This document shows, one piece after another, positions 44,490 to 57,600 of a stretch of 64,000 bases of DNA. The DNA lies in assembly GCF_009914755.1 (NCBI RefSeq), contig NC_060934.1; one strand, 5' to 3'. Within the stretch, counting starts at the first letter, position 1. Every line of letters starts with the position of its first letter. The DNA is from the human T2T-CHM13v2.0 reference genome, Homo sapiens. Position numbers and translations under genes: made by a program. The notes below the pieces were generated by a model. The model ran no database searches and was not told the origin of the DNA. It worked only from the letters and a program-made list of their open reading frames with translations.

Positions 44490-47400
44490 ATTCTCCCTTC
44501 CCTTCCATTCCATTCTCCATTCCATTCCATTGCATTTTCTATTCCATTCCATTCCATTGCATTCTCCATTCCATGCTCCATTCGATTCCATTCCATTCTC
44601 TATACCATTCCATTCTCTATTTCATTCCATTCTTCATTCCACTCCGTTCCATTCTCCATTCCATTCCATTCTCCATACCATTCCATTCTCCATTCCACTC
44701 TATTCCATTCTCCATTCCATTCCATTCACATTAAATTACATTCCACTACACTCTCCACTCCATTCCATTCAATCCTCCCTTCCATTCCATATTCCATTCC
44801 ATTCTCCATTCCATTCCATCCTCCATTACATTACATTCTCCATTCCATTCCACGTCATTCTTCACTCCATTCCATTCTCGATTCCTTTCTATTCTCCACT
44901 CCATTCCATTCCATTCTCCATTCCACTGCATTCCATTCTATTCTCCATTACATTTTACATTCCATTCTCCATTTCATTTCATTCCATTCCATTCTTGATT
45001 CCATTCCATTTCTTCCATTCTCTATTCCATTCCATTCTCCATTATATTCCATCCCATTTCCCAGTCCATTCTCCATTACAGTCCATTCCATTTTCCATTC
45101 CATACCATTCCATTCCATTTCATTCTCCACTGTAATACATTCCATCCACTCTCTATTACATTCCATTCTCCATTCCATTCCCATACATTCTCCACTCCAC
45201 TGCATTCTCTATTCCATTCTCCATTCCATTCCACTCCTTTCCGCATACCTTTCCATTCTCCATTGCATTCCATTCTCCATCTGTTACATTCTCCATTCCA
45301 TTCCATTCTCCCGTCCATTTTTCACTCCATTCCATTCCATTCTCCGTTCCATTCCATTCCACTCTCTATTCCATTCATACCCATTCTCCATTCCATGCTC
45401 AATTTCATTCCATTCCATTCTCCCTTTCATTCCATTCTCCACTCCATTCCATTCCCCATTCCATTGTCCATTCCATTCCATTCTCTATTCCATTCTCCAC
45501 TTCATTCCATTTCATTCTCCATTCCGTACCATTCTCCATTCCAGCTCACTCTCCCTTCCATTCCATTCCACACTGCATTCCACTCTCCATTGCATTCTGT
45601 TCTCCATTCCATTCCATTCTTCATTTTACATTCCATTCCATTCTCCTTTCCATTCCCTTCCAGTCTCCATTCCATTCCATACCATACTGCATTCCATTCC
45701 ATTCCATTCCATTCTGCATTCCATTCCATTATTCAATTCATTCTCCATTCAATTCTATTCCATTCTCCATTCCTGTCCATTCCATTCCAGTCTCCATTCC
45801 ATTCCATTTCATTGCATTCTATTCTTCATTCCATTCCATTCTCCATTCCATTCCATTTCATTGCATTCTATTCTTCATTCCATTCCATTCTCCATTCCAT
45901 TCCATTCTCCATTTTCCATTCCATCACATTCCATTCCATTCCCCACTCCATTCTCCATTTCATTGCTTTCCATGCTCCATTCCATTCCTTTCCATTCTCC
46001 ATTACATTACACTCCATTCCACGTTCCATTCCATTCTCCATTCTATTCCATTCTCCATTGCATACCATTCTCCATTTCATTCCCTTTCATTCTCTGTTCC
46101 ATTATTTCCATTCTCCATTCCGTTCCATAACATTCTCAGTTCCATACCATTCTCCATTCCATTCCGTTTTCCATTCCAGTTCATTCCGTAATCAATTACA
46201 TTTTCCATTCCATTCTGCATTCTCGATTCCATTCCATTCTCCATTCCATTCCCTTCCATTCTCCATTCTATTCCCTTCCACTCTCCATTTCATTCCCTTC
46301 CATTCCATACCATTCTCCATTCCATTCCATACCATTCTCCACTCCATTCCATTCTCCATTTCATTCCACTCTCCATTCCAGTTCAGTCTCCATTCTATTC
46401 CATTCCATTCTCCATTCCATTCTATTCTACTCCATTTTCCATTACATTACATTCTCCATTCTCCGTGGCATTCCATTCCAATCCATTCTCCATTCCATTC
46501 AGCATTCTATTCCATTCTCCATTCCATTCTCCATTTGTTACATTTTCCATTCCATTCTCCATTCCTTCCCATTTTCCACTACATTCCATTCCATTCTTCC
46601 TTCCATTCCATTCCACTCCATGCCATTCCATTCTCTATTATATTCACAACAATCTCCATTCCACGCTCCATTTCATTCCATTTCATCCTCCCTTTCATTC
46701 CATTCTCCACTCCATTCCTTTCTCCACTCCATTCCATTCTCCATTCCATTCCATTGTCCATTCCATTCTATTCTCCATTCCAGTTCATTCTGCATTCCAT
46801 TCCATTCTCCATTCCATTCCCTTCTCCATTCTGCATTCCATTCCATTCTCCCTCCCATTCCCTTCCATCCTTCATTCCATTCTCTTCCATTCCATACCAT
46901 TCCCCATTCCATTACAATCCCCATTCCATTCTCTATTCCATTCCATTCTCCATTCCACTCTATTCCATTCTCCATTCTACTCTATTCCATTCTCCATTCT
47001 TTATTCTATTCCATTCCACAATCCATTCCATTCCACATTTCATTCCATTCCACATTCCATTCCATTCTCCATTCCATTCCATTCTCCATTCCACTCTATT
47101 CCATTCTCCATTCTACTCTATTCCATTCTCCATTCTTTATTCTATTCCATTCCACAATCCATTCCATTCCACATTTCATTCCATTCCACATTCCATTCCA
47201 TTCTCCATTCCATTCCATTCTCCATTCCATTCTATTCCATTCTCCATTCTTCATTCTATTCCATTCTGTAATCCATTCCATTCCGCAATCCATTCCATTC
47301 CACATTCCATTCCGTTCTCCATTCCATTCCATTCTCCATTCCATTCTATTCCATTCTCCATTCTTTTTCAGTCTATTCCATTCCACAATCCATTCCATTC

Positions 47401-50400
47401 CGCAATCCATTCCACTCCACATTCCATTCCATTCTCCATTCCATTCTCCATTCTTCTCCATTCTATTCCATTCCACAATCCATTCCGTTCAGCAATCCAT
47501 TCCATTCTGCATTCCATTCCATTCTCCATTCCATTCCATTCTCCATTCCATTCCATTCTCCATTCTATTCCACTCCATTCTACATTCCTGTCCAATCCAT
47601 TCCATTCTCCATTCCATTCCATTCTATTGCATTCTACTCTCCATTCCATTCCATTCTCCAGTCCCTTCCATTCTCCATTCTATTCCATTCCATTTCCCAT
47701 TCCATTCTATTCTCCATTCCATTGAATGCTCCATTTTCTGTTCCATTCCACACCATTCTCCACTCCATTCTCCATTTCATTCCATTCCATGCTCCATTCC
47801 ATTCGATGCTCCATTCGATTCTGCATTCCATTCCATTACCCATTCCCTTCAATTCTCCATTCCATACCATTTTTCATTCCATTCCATTCTCCATTCCATT
47901 CCACTCTTTCCCATTCTCCATTCCATTCATTCCATTCTCCATTCCTTTCCATTGTCCATTCTATTCTCCATTCCACTCCATTCTCCATTCCAGCCTCCAT
48001 TATATTTCATTCTATTCCATTCTCCATTCCATTCTATTCACCACTGCATTCCATTCCATTCTACTCTCCATTCCATTCTCCATTCCATTCCATATTCTAT
48101 TCCTTTCTCCATTCTATTCCATTCTCCATTCCATTCCATTTTCCATACCATCCTCCATTTCATTCCATTCTATTCACCACTGCATTCCATTCCATTCTCC
48201 ATTACATCCTCCATTACATTTCATTCTATTCCATTCTCCCTTCCAGCCTATTCATCACTGTATTCCATTCCCTTCTATTCTCCATTCCATTCCATATTCT
48301 ATTCCTTTCTCCATTCTATTCCATTCTCCATTCCATTCCATTTTCTATACCATCCTCCATTCCATTCTATTCACCAATGCATTCCATTCCATTCCATTCT
48401 ATTCTCCATTCCATTCCATATTCCATTTTCCATTCCATTCCATACCATTCTCCATCATTGCATTTCATGCTCCATTTCATTCCATGCTCCATTCCATTCC
48501 ATGCTCCATTCCATTCCATTCTCCATACCATCCTCCATTCCATTCCATTCTCCATTCCATTCTATTCACCACTGCATCCCATTCCGTTCTCCATTCCATT
48601 CTCTTCCATTCTCCATTCCGTTCCATTCCATTCTCCATAGCATTCCATTCTCCATTCCATTCTCTATTCCATTCCATTCTCTATTCCATTCTCCATTCCA
48701 TTCCATTCCTCATTGCATTCCATTCCGCATTCCATTCCATTCTCCTTCCATTCTATTCTCCATTGCATTCCATCCTCCATTCCATTCTGCATTTCATTCC
48801 ATTCCTTTCTCCATTTCATTCCATTCTCCATTCCATTGCATTCTACATTCTTCATTCCATTCTCCATTCCATTCCTTTACATTCCATTCTCTACTCCATT
48901 CCATTTTCCATTCTATTCCATTCTCCATACCATCCTCCATTCCATTCTATTCACCACTGCATTCCATTCCATTTTCCATTCCATTCTCCATTCCATTCCA
49001 TATTCTATTCCTTTCTCCATTCCATTCCCCATTCCATTCCATTCTCCATTCCTTTCTATTCACCACTGCATGCCATTCTATTCTCCATTGCATTCTATTC
49101 TCCATTCTCCATTTTCCGTTCCATTCCATTCCATTCTCTATTTCATTGCACTCCATGCTCCATTCCATTCCATTCTGCATTACATTACATTTCTCATGCC
49201 ATTCCATTCTCCATTCCATTATCCATTCTATTCCATTCTCCATTCCACAAAATTCACCATTCCATTCCCGTCCATTATCCATTTCATTCTCTGCCATTCT
49301 CTGTTCCACTCCATACCATTCTCCATTCCATTCCTTTTTCCATTCCAGTTCATTCTCCATTCCATTCCGCATTCCATTCTATTATCCATTCTATTTCATT
49401 CTGCATTCTCGATTCCATTCCATTCCCTTCCCTTCCTTTCTCCATTCCATTCTCCATTCCATTCCATTCCATTCTCCATTTCATTCCATTGTCCATTCCA
49501 GCTCCATCTCCATTCCATTCCATTCTCCATTGCATTCCATTCTATTCTCCATTCCATTCCAAACCATTCTCTATTCCATTCCAATCCATTCTCCATTCCA
49601 TTCCAATCCATTCTCCTTTCCATTCCATTCCCCTTTCCATTGCATTCCATTCCACATTCAAATCCCCATTGCATTCCATTCCCCATTCCATTCCATTCTC
49701 TTTTCCATTCTATTCTCCATTCACTTCCATTCCATTCTGCATTCCATTCCCTTCCATTCTCCACTCCACTGTCCATTCCATTTCATTCTCCATTGCATTC
49801 CATATTCCAATACATTTCACATTCCATTGCAGTCTCCCTAACATTCTTCATTCCATTCCACATTCCATTCCGTTCTCCATTCCATTCCATTCTCTATTCC
49901 ATTCTACATTCCATTCAATTCCTTTCTATTCTCCACTCTCCATTCTGTTCCATTCCAATCCATTCTACTCTCCATTCCATTCCATTCTCCATTTGGTTCT
50001 CCATTCCATTCCAATCCATTCTCCATTCTATTCCATTCTCCATTCCATTCCCTTCCCCATTCCTTTCCATTATATTCTCCCTTCCATTACATTCTCTATT
50101 CAATTCCATTCCAATCAATTCTCCATTTCATTCCATTCTCCATTCCATTCAATTCCACATTCCATTCCATTCTCCATCCGTTACATTCTCCATTCCATTC
50201 CCCATTCCACTGCATTCTCCATTCCATTCTCTATTCCATTCCATTCCATTCTCCATTCCATTCCATTCTGCATTCCATTCTCCATTTCATTCCACTCTCC
50301 GTTCCATTCCATTCTCCTCCATTTCCAAGTCCATTCCATTCTCCATACCATCCTCCATTCCATTCCATTCTCCACTCCATTGTATTCACCACTGCATTTC

Positions 50401-53400
50401 ATTCCATTTTCCATTCCATTGCATTCTCCATTCCATTCTCTTCCATTTTCCATTCCATTCTCCCTTCCATTCCATTGCCCATTCCATTCTCAATTCCATT
50501 CCATTCTCCTTACCAACCTCCATTCCATTCCTTTCCATCCTCCATTCCATTTCATTCCACTATCCATTCCATTCCATCCTCCATTCCATTCCATTCTTTT
50601 CCATTTTCAAGTCCTTTCCATTCTCCCTTCCATTCTATTGTCCATTCCATTCTCCACACCATTCCATTCTCCTTACCAACCTCCATTCCATTACATTCCA
50701 TTCTCCATTCCATTATATTCACTACTGCATTCAATTCCATATTCTATTCCTTTCTCCATTCCACTCTCCATTCTATTCCATTCTCCACACCATCCTCCAT
50801 TCCATTACATCCCATTCTCCATTTCATTCTATTCACCACTGCATTTCATTCCATTCTCCATTCCATTCCATTCTCTATTCCATTCTCCATACCATTCCAT
50901 TCTCCATTCCATCCCATTCCGCATTCCATTCCATTCTCCATTCCATTCCATTCTCCCTTCTATTTCCTTCCATTCTCCATTCCATTCCTTTCCTTTCTCT
51001 ATTGCACTCCATACTACTCCCCATTCCATTACATTCCCCATTCCATTCTCAATTCCATTCCATTCTCCATTGCATTCCACTATTCATTCCATTCTATTCC
51101 ATTCTCCATTCCATTCTATTTGCATTCCATTCCATTCTCCATTCCATTCCACTGCCCATTCTATTCTATTCCATTCTCCATTCTTCATTCCATTCCATTT
51201 CGCATTCCATTCCATTCTCCCTTCCATTCCACTCCATTCTCCATTCTATTTCATTCCATTCTCCATTCATGTCCATCCCATTCCATTGCATTCTATTCTC
51301 CATTCCATTCCATTCAATTCTCGATTCCATTCCATTCTCCATTTTCCCTTCCATTCCACACCATTCTCCATTCCATTCTTCATTTCATTCTATTCCATGC
51401 TCCATTCCATATTCAATTCCATTATCCATTCTATTTAATCCTCCATTCCATACCATATTCCATTCCATTCCCTTCCATTCTCCATTCCATTCTCCATTCC
51501 ATTCCATTCTCCATTCCATTCCATTCTCCAATCCATTTCGTTCCACTTTCCATTCCATTCCATCCTCCTTTCCATTCCATTCTCCATTCCATCCTCCATT
51601 CCATTCCGCTCTTTTCCATTCTCCATTCCAATCCAGTGTCCATTCCATTCTCCATTCCATTCCACTGTCCATTCCATTCCATTCTCCATTCCATTCCATT
51701 CTCCATACCATCATCCATTCCATTCCATTCTATTCTCCATTCCATTTCATGCTCCATTCCATTCCATTCTCTATTCCATTCCATTCTCCACTCCATTTCA
51801 TTCCATTCTCCATTCCATTCTCCATTCCATTCCATGCTCCCTTCCATTCCATTCTCCATACCATCCTCCATTCCATTCTATTCACCACTGCATTCCATCC
51901 CATTCTCTATTCCATTCTCTTCCATTCTCCACTGCATTCCATAGCATTCTCCATTCCATTCCATTCTCCATTCCATTCCATTCTACATTCAATTACATTC
52001 TACATTCCATGTTCTCTTTTCTCCATTCCATTCCCATTCCATTTTCCATTCCATTCTATTCACCACTGCATTCAATTCCCCATTCCATTCCATTCTCTAC
52101 TTTCCATTCCACTCTCCACTCAATTCTCCATTTCATTGCATTCCATGCTCCATTCTATTCCATTCTCCATTCCATTCCACTTTTCATTCCATTCTCCATT
52201 CCACTATCTATTCTATTCCATTCTTCACTGCATTCCATTCTCCATTCCATTCCCTTCCATTCTCTTCCATTCTCCATTCTGTTCCATACCATTCTTCATT
52301 CCATTCCATTCTCCATTCTCCTTTCCATTCCCTTCCTTTCTCCATTCCATTCCCTTCTTTTCTCCATTCCATTCCCTTCTTTTCTCCATTCCATTCCCTT
52401 GCATTCTCCAGTGCATTCCACTCTCCATTCCAGTTCAATCTCCATTCCATTCCATTCTACATTCCATTCCATTCTCTATTCCATTCCATTCTTCATTCCA
52501 TTCCAAACCATTCTCTATTCCATTCCAATCCATTCTCCATTCCATTCCCTTCCCCTTTCCATTCCATTCCCCATTCTATTCCATTCCCCACTCCATTCTC
52601 CACTGCATTCTATTCCATTCTCCATTCCATGTCTATTCCAATGTCCATTCCATTCCATTCTCTATTCCATTCCATTCTCCCATTCCATTCCATTCTCCAC
52701 TGCACTGCACTCCATTTCATTCTCCATTCCATTCCAATCTCAATTCCATCTCCATTCCATTCTCCATTCCATTCCATTCTCTATTCCATTCCGCATTCCA
52801 TTCCATTCCATTCTGCATTCTGTTCCATTCTCCATTCCATTCCATTCTCCATACCATCCTCCATTCCATTACACTGCATTCCATTCTCCATTCTATTTTA
52901 TTCACCACGGCATTCCATTACATTTTCCATTCCATTCTATTCTCCATTCCATTCCATATTCTATTCCTTTCTCCATTCCATTCCCCTTTCCATTCCATTC
53001 TCCATTCCATTCCATTTTCTATTCCACTCCATTCACCACTGCATTCCATTCCAGTCTCCATTCCATTCCATTCTCCATTGCATTTCATTCTCCACTGCAT
53101 TCCTTTCCATTCCATTTCCCACTGAATTCCATTCTCCATTCCATTCCCTTCTATTCTCCATTTCATTTCACTCTCCCTTCCAGTTCAATCTCCATTCCCT
53201 TCCATTCTCCATTCCACTCCACATTCCCTTCCATTCTCCATTCCATTCTATTGTCTATTCCATTCCATTTCAATTCATTGTTCACTCCATTCCCTTCCCC
53301 ATTGCATTGTCCATTCCATCCCATTCTCCATTCCATTCCCTTCCATTCTCCATTTCATTCCACTCTCCCTTCCAGTTCAATCTCCATTCCATTCCATTCT

Positions 53401-54600
53401 CCATTCCACTCCACATTCCATTCCATTCTCCATTCCATTCCATTTTCTATTCCATTCCATTCCAATCCATTGTCCATTCTATTCCATTCCCCATTCCATT
53501 GTCCATTCCATTCCCCATTCTGTTCTATTCCCAATTAAATTCCCCATTCCATTCCACTCCCCATTCCATTCTGCATTCCATCTCCATTCCCTATTCCATT
53601 CCATTTTCCATTCCATTCCATTCTCCATTCCTTTCCTTTTATTCTATTTCAACTCCATTCCATTCTCCATTTCATTCCATTCTCCTTTCCATTCTATTCT
53701 ATTCTCCATTCCATTCTTCATTCCATTCCATTCTCCATTCTCTTCCATTCTCCTTCCATTCTCCATTCCATTCCCTTCTCCATTCCATTCCACATCCTCC
53801 TTTCAATTTCATTCTCCATTCCATTCCCCATTCCATTTCAAACTCCATTCCATTCCATTCCATACTCCATTCCCTTCCATCCTCCATTCCATTCTCCATT
53901 CCATTCCATTCCTTTCTGCATTTCATTCCATTCCTTTCTCCATTTCATTCCATTCTCCATTCCATTTTCCATTCCATTCCATCCTCCATTCCATTCCATT
54001 CCTTTCTCCATTCCATTCCATTCTCCATTCCATTTCATTCTCCATTCCTTTCTCTATTCCATTCCATTCCATTCTCCACTGTATTCCATTCTTCATTCCA
54101 TTCCATTCTCCATTCTCTTCTCCATTCCATTCCATTCTCCGTTCCACTCCATTCCATTCCATCCTCCGTTACACTCCATTCCATTCCATCGTCCATTCCG
54201 TTCCACTCTCCATTTCATTCCATTCCATTCCACTGTCCATTCCACTGCATTCTCCATTCCACTCCATTCTCCACTCCATTGCATGCTCCGTTTCATTTCA
54301 TTCTCCATTCCATTTTCCATTGTCCATTGCATTCCATTCTGCATTCTCCATCCCATTCCATTCTCCATTCCATTCCAATCTCCATTCCATTCCATTACCC
54401 ATTCCTTTCCATTCCTCATTCAATTTCCAATTCCTTTCCATTCTCCATTCCATTCCATTCTCCCTTCCATTCCATCGGTTCCATTTTCCTTTCCATTCCA
54501 TTCTCCATTCCATCCCATATTCCATTCCATTCTCCATTCCATTGCATTCTCCATACCATTCTACATTCCATTCCATTCCGTTCTCCATTCTCCATTCCCT
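44490..54600. repeat. HSat3-like satellite block 3 (CATTC strand on +), ~10.1 kb
   Basis: Same units as block 2 on the opposite strand; ends abruptly at ERV pol sequence. Confidence 0.95.
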
Positions 54601-54608
54601 TCTCCCAC

Positions 54609-57600
54609 AGTCTTTTTGGCCAAATTTTACAACAAGTTCTAGAAAAAGTTGTCATCCCAGAACAAATATGCCTTCTCCAGTACGTGGATGACCTTCTCAA
54701 ATCTGATGAAGATATAGGGAAGGTAACTGACTTCTCTACACATATTCTTAACCATCTGCAGTTTGAGGGTTGCTACGAGTCTCAAAAAGAAAGCTTCAGT
54801 ATGTAAAGCCCAAAGTTAAATATTTAGGCCACTTAGTAGGTGCAGGCAAGTGAAGAATAAGATGTGAACAAATCGAGGGAATCACGTCCCTACCCTTGCC
54901 TCAAACTAAACAAGAACTCGGGAAATTTTTAGGCTTAGTTGGATACTGCCACTTATGGATTGACTCATATGCACTGCACAGTAAACTGTTATATCGAAAA
55001 TTTGCCCAGGAGAAGCCTAACCATATCCTGTGGACTTCTGAGGAAGTTAATCAAGTCGAGGAGCTGAAGGAAAGGCTCATAACTGCCCCTGTTTTAGCCT
55101 TACCCTCCCCAGAAAAGCCATTCCACCTTTTTGTTAATGTGGACAGTGGAGTAGCTTTAGGAGTGCTGACTCAAGAACACGGAGGCTGCCAGCAGACTGT
55201 GGCCTTCCTATCAAATGTCTTAGACCCAGTCACTTGTGGATGGCCTCAATGCATCCAGTCCAACACGGCTACCACAGTTATTAGTCGAAGAAAGCAGAAA
55301 GTTAACCTTTGGAGGAAAACTGAGAGCAAGCACGCCTCACCAAGTTAGAACTACGTTAACCAGAGAGCAGGGAGATGGCTTACTGACTCGAGAATCTTAA
55401 AGTATGAAGCCATTATGTTAGAAAAGAATGATTTAACATAGACCACCGAAAATTCACTCAACCCAGCAGGTTTCCTAACAGGAAATCCAAATCTAAGGAG
55501 GGAACACACGTTAGATTTAATTTATTATCATACAAAGGTTTGACCAGACCTAGAAGAAACTCCCTTCCAGACTGGATGGCACTTATTCATAGATGCTTCC
55601 TCCCAGGTGACTGAGGGAAAAAGACACAATGGGCATTCAGTGATTGATAGAGAAACTCTTGTAGAAATTGAGTCAGGAAACTTGCCCAACAGCTGGTCTG
55701 CTCAAACGTGTGAGCTGTTTGCACTCAGCCAAGCCTTACAGTACTTACAGAACCAGGAAGGAACCATCTATACCAATTCCAGGTATGCCTCTGGAGTGGC
55801 TCATACATTTGGGAAAATTCGGACTGAATGAGGTCTCATTAATATTAAAGATCAAGACCTTGTTCACAAGGAGCTAATCACCCGAGTACTGAATAATCTT
55901 CAGTTGCCAGAGGAAACAACTATTGTCCATGTTTCCGGACACCAGAAAAGCCTTTCTTTTGAAAGTCGAGGAAATAACCCAGCAGATCAGGTAGCCAAGC
56001 AGTCTGTTGTATCTTCTGAAATGCATATTTTTCACTTAACTCCCCATCTCCCTCCTCCTACTGTAATCCCCATTTTCTCTTCCATCAAAAAGGAAAAACT
56101 AATAAAAATAGGCGCTAAAGAGAATTCAGAATGAAAATGGATATTGCCAGACCAGAGAGAAATGTTGTCTAAACCCCTTATGAGGGACGTCTTACCCTAA
56201 CTACATCAAGGGACCAATTGGGGGCCCCAGGCCATGTGTGACATAATTCTCAGAGTTTATGGTTGTATAGGAATTTATACCCTGGCCAAACAGGTTATAA
56301 ATAGTTGCTTAGTATATAAGAAAACTAAGAAACTATAAAAAGATTACCTCTCAGGTGAAGGAATCTGGGCTTAAGTTCAGTCCAAAGTATCCAAGTTGAT
56401 TACACAGAAATGTCTCCAATAGGCTGTCTAAAATATTTACTAGTGATAGTAGACCACCTCACTCACTGGGCTGAAGCTATCCCCATTTCAAATGCGACAG
56501 CCAATAATGTAGTTAAGGCCCTAATTGAAAATATAGTATCCAGGTTTGTACTAATAGAGAACATTGATTCAGACAATGGAACTCATTTCACCACACACAT
56601 TATTAAAAAGCTATCCCAAACATTAGACATTAGATGGCAATACCATACTCCCTGGCACCAACCCTCATCAGGGAGAGTAGAAAGAATGAATCAGACCTTA
56701 AAGAACCACTTAACCAAGTTAGTCTTAGAGACTCGATTGCCATGGACCAAGTGTCTTCCTATTGCCCTGCTGAGAATTTGAAATGCACCACGGAAAGATA
56801 CTGGTCTTTCTCCTTATGAGATGCTCTATGGATTGCCTTATTTACACTCCGCTGCTGATACTCCTACCTTTGAAACAAAAGATCAATTCCTAAAAAATTA
56901 TATACTTGGTCTATTTTCTACTTTCTCTTCTCTTAAAACTAAAGGTCTATTAGTACAGGCGCTGTCCTTAGAGTTCCGGGTGCATCAAGATCAGCCTGGG
57001 GATCACATCCTCATCAAAAGCTGGAAGGAGAAGCTCAAGCCAGCCTGGGAAGGTTCTTACTTAGTGCTCCTAACTACTGAAACCACAGTCCGTACAGCTG
57101 AGAGAGGATGGACTCATCACAACTGAGTCAAGAAAGCGCTGCCCCATCCAGAGTCATGGGCCATAGTCCCAGGGGAAAACCCTACACCAAACTAAAGCTA
57201 AGAATTTAACTCTTTGATCTATTACTCTTTCTTCTTTCCTTGCTCTATTGCTGACCATCTAGTATTAACATAACCAAGTCATTTTCACCTCAAACTACTG
57301 CATTTGATGCTTGCCTTCTTATACCCTATAAGGACTTGCCAAGTCGAAGACAGATCTCCACTTCAGAAAAGTACCTCTGTCCCTCCTGGCTCTCCTCAGA
57401 CTAGGTATTAGTGAATTGGGACCATTTAATCCAGGGAGATTTCAATAGACCCCAGTGTCAACCAGGAGTCTTACCCTCAATGTAGAGCTTTTATGCCATA
57501 GTTGGTCCAACATTCTGTGGACCACTAAAGAGCAAGGATGGACTGCCCCAAAAGGTTTTTGTAATTTCCTAAAACTAAACTAAAACTCTTTTCCAGGATT

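Noticed and set aside
44485-44494. Heat-shock element at strand switch 2 (gGAAtaTTCt)
   Set aside because: Only two inverted nGAAn units; a canonical HSE needs three.
35252-46200. TAATTGATTA homeodomain palindrome in three copies (~35252, ~44244, ~46189)
   Set aside because: The copy number is explained by array duplication, and it does not match the 11-bp DUX4 consensus.
33868-54600. CRISPR-like array or HSATII assignment
   Set aside because: No constant repeat with unique spacers, and the DNA is human. CATTCG/TCGAAT words typical of HSATII are rare.
33803-54806. Very long ORFs (up to 1681 aa) rich in H/S/I/P/F, and many M/E/W/N/G ORFs
   Set aside because: Artefacts of the satellite: the CATTC strand rarely forms stop codons, and ORFs appear in several overlapping frames with no domain content.
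52629-54806. 725-aa satellite-RT fusion ORF
   Set aside because: The in-frame fusion has a 1-in-3 chance. Only ~60 aa of RT are included before a frameshift and stop, and no promoter is evident. Kept only as a junction marker.
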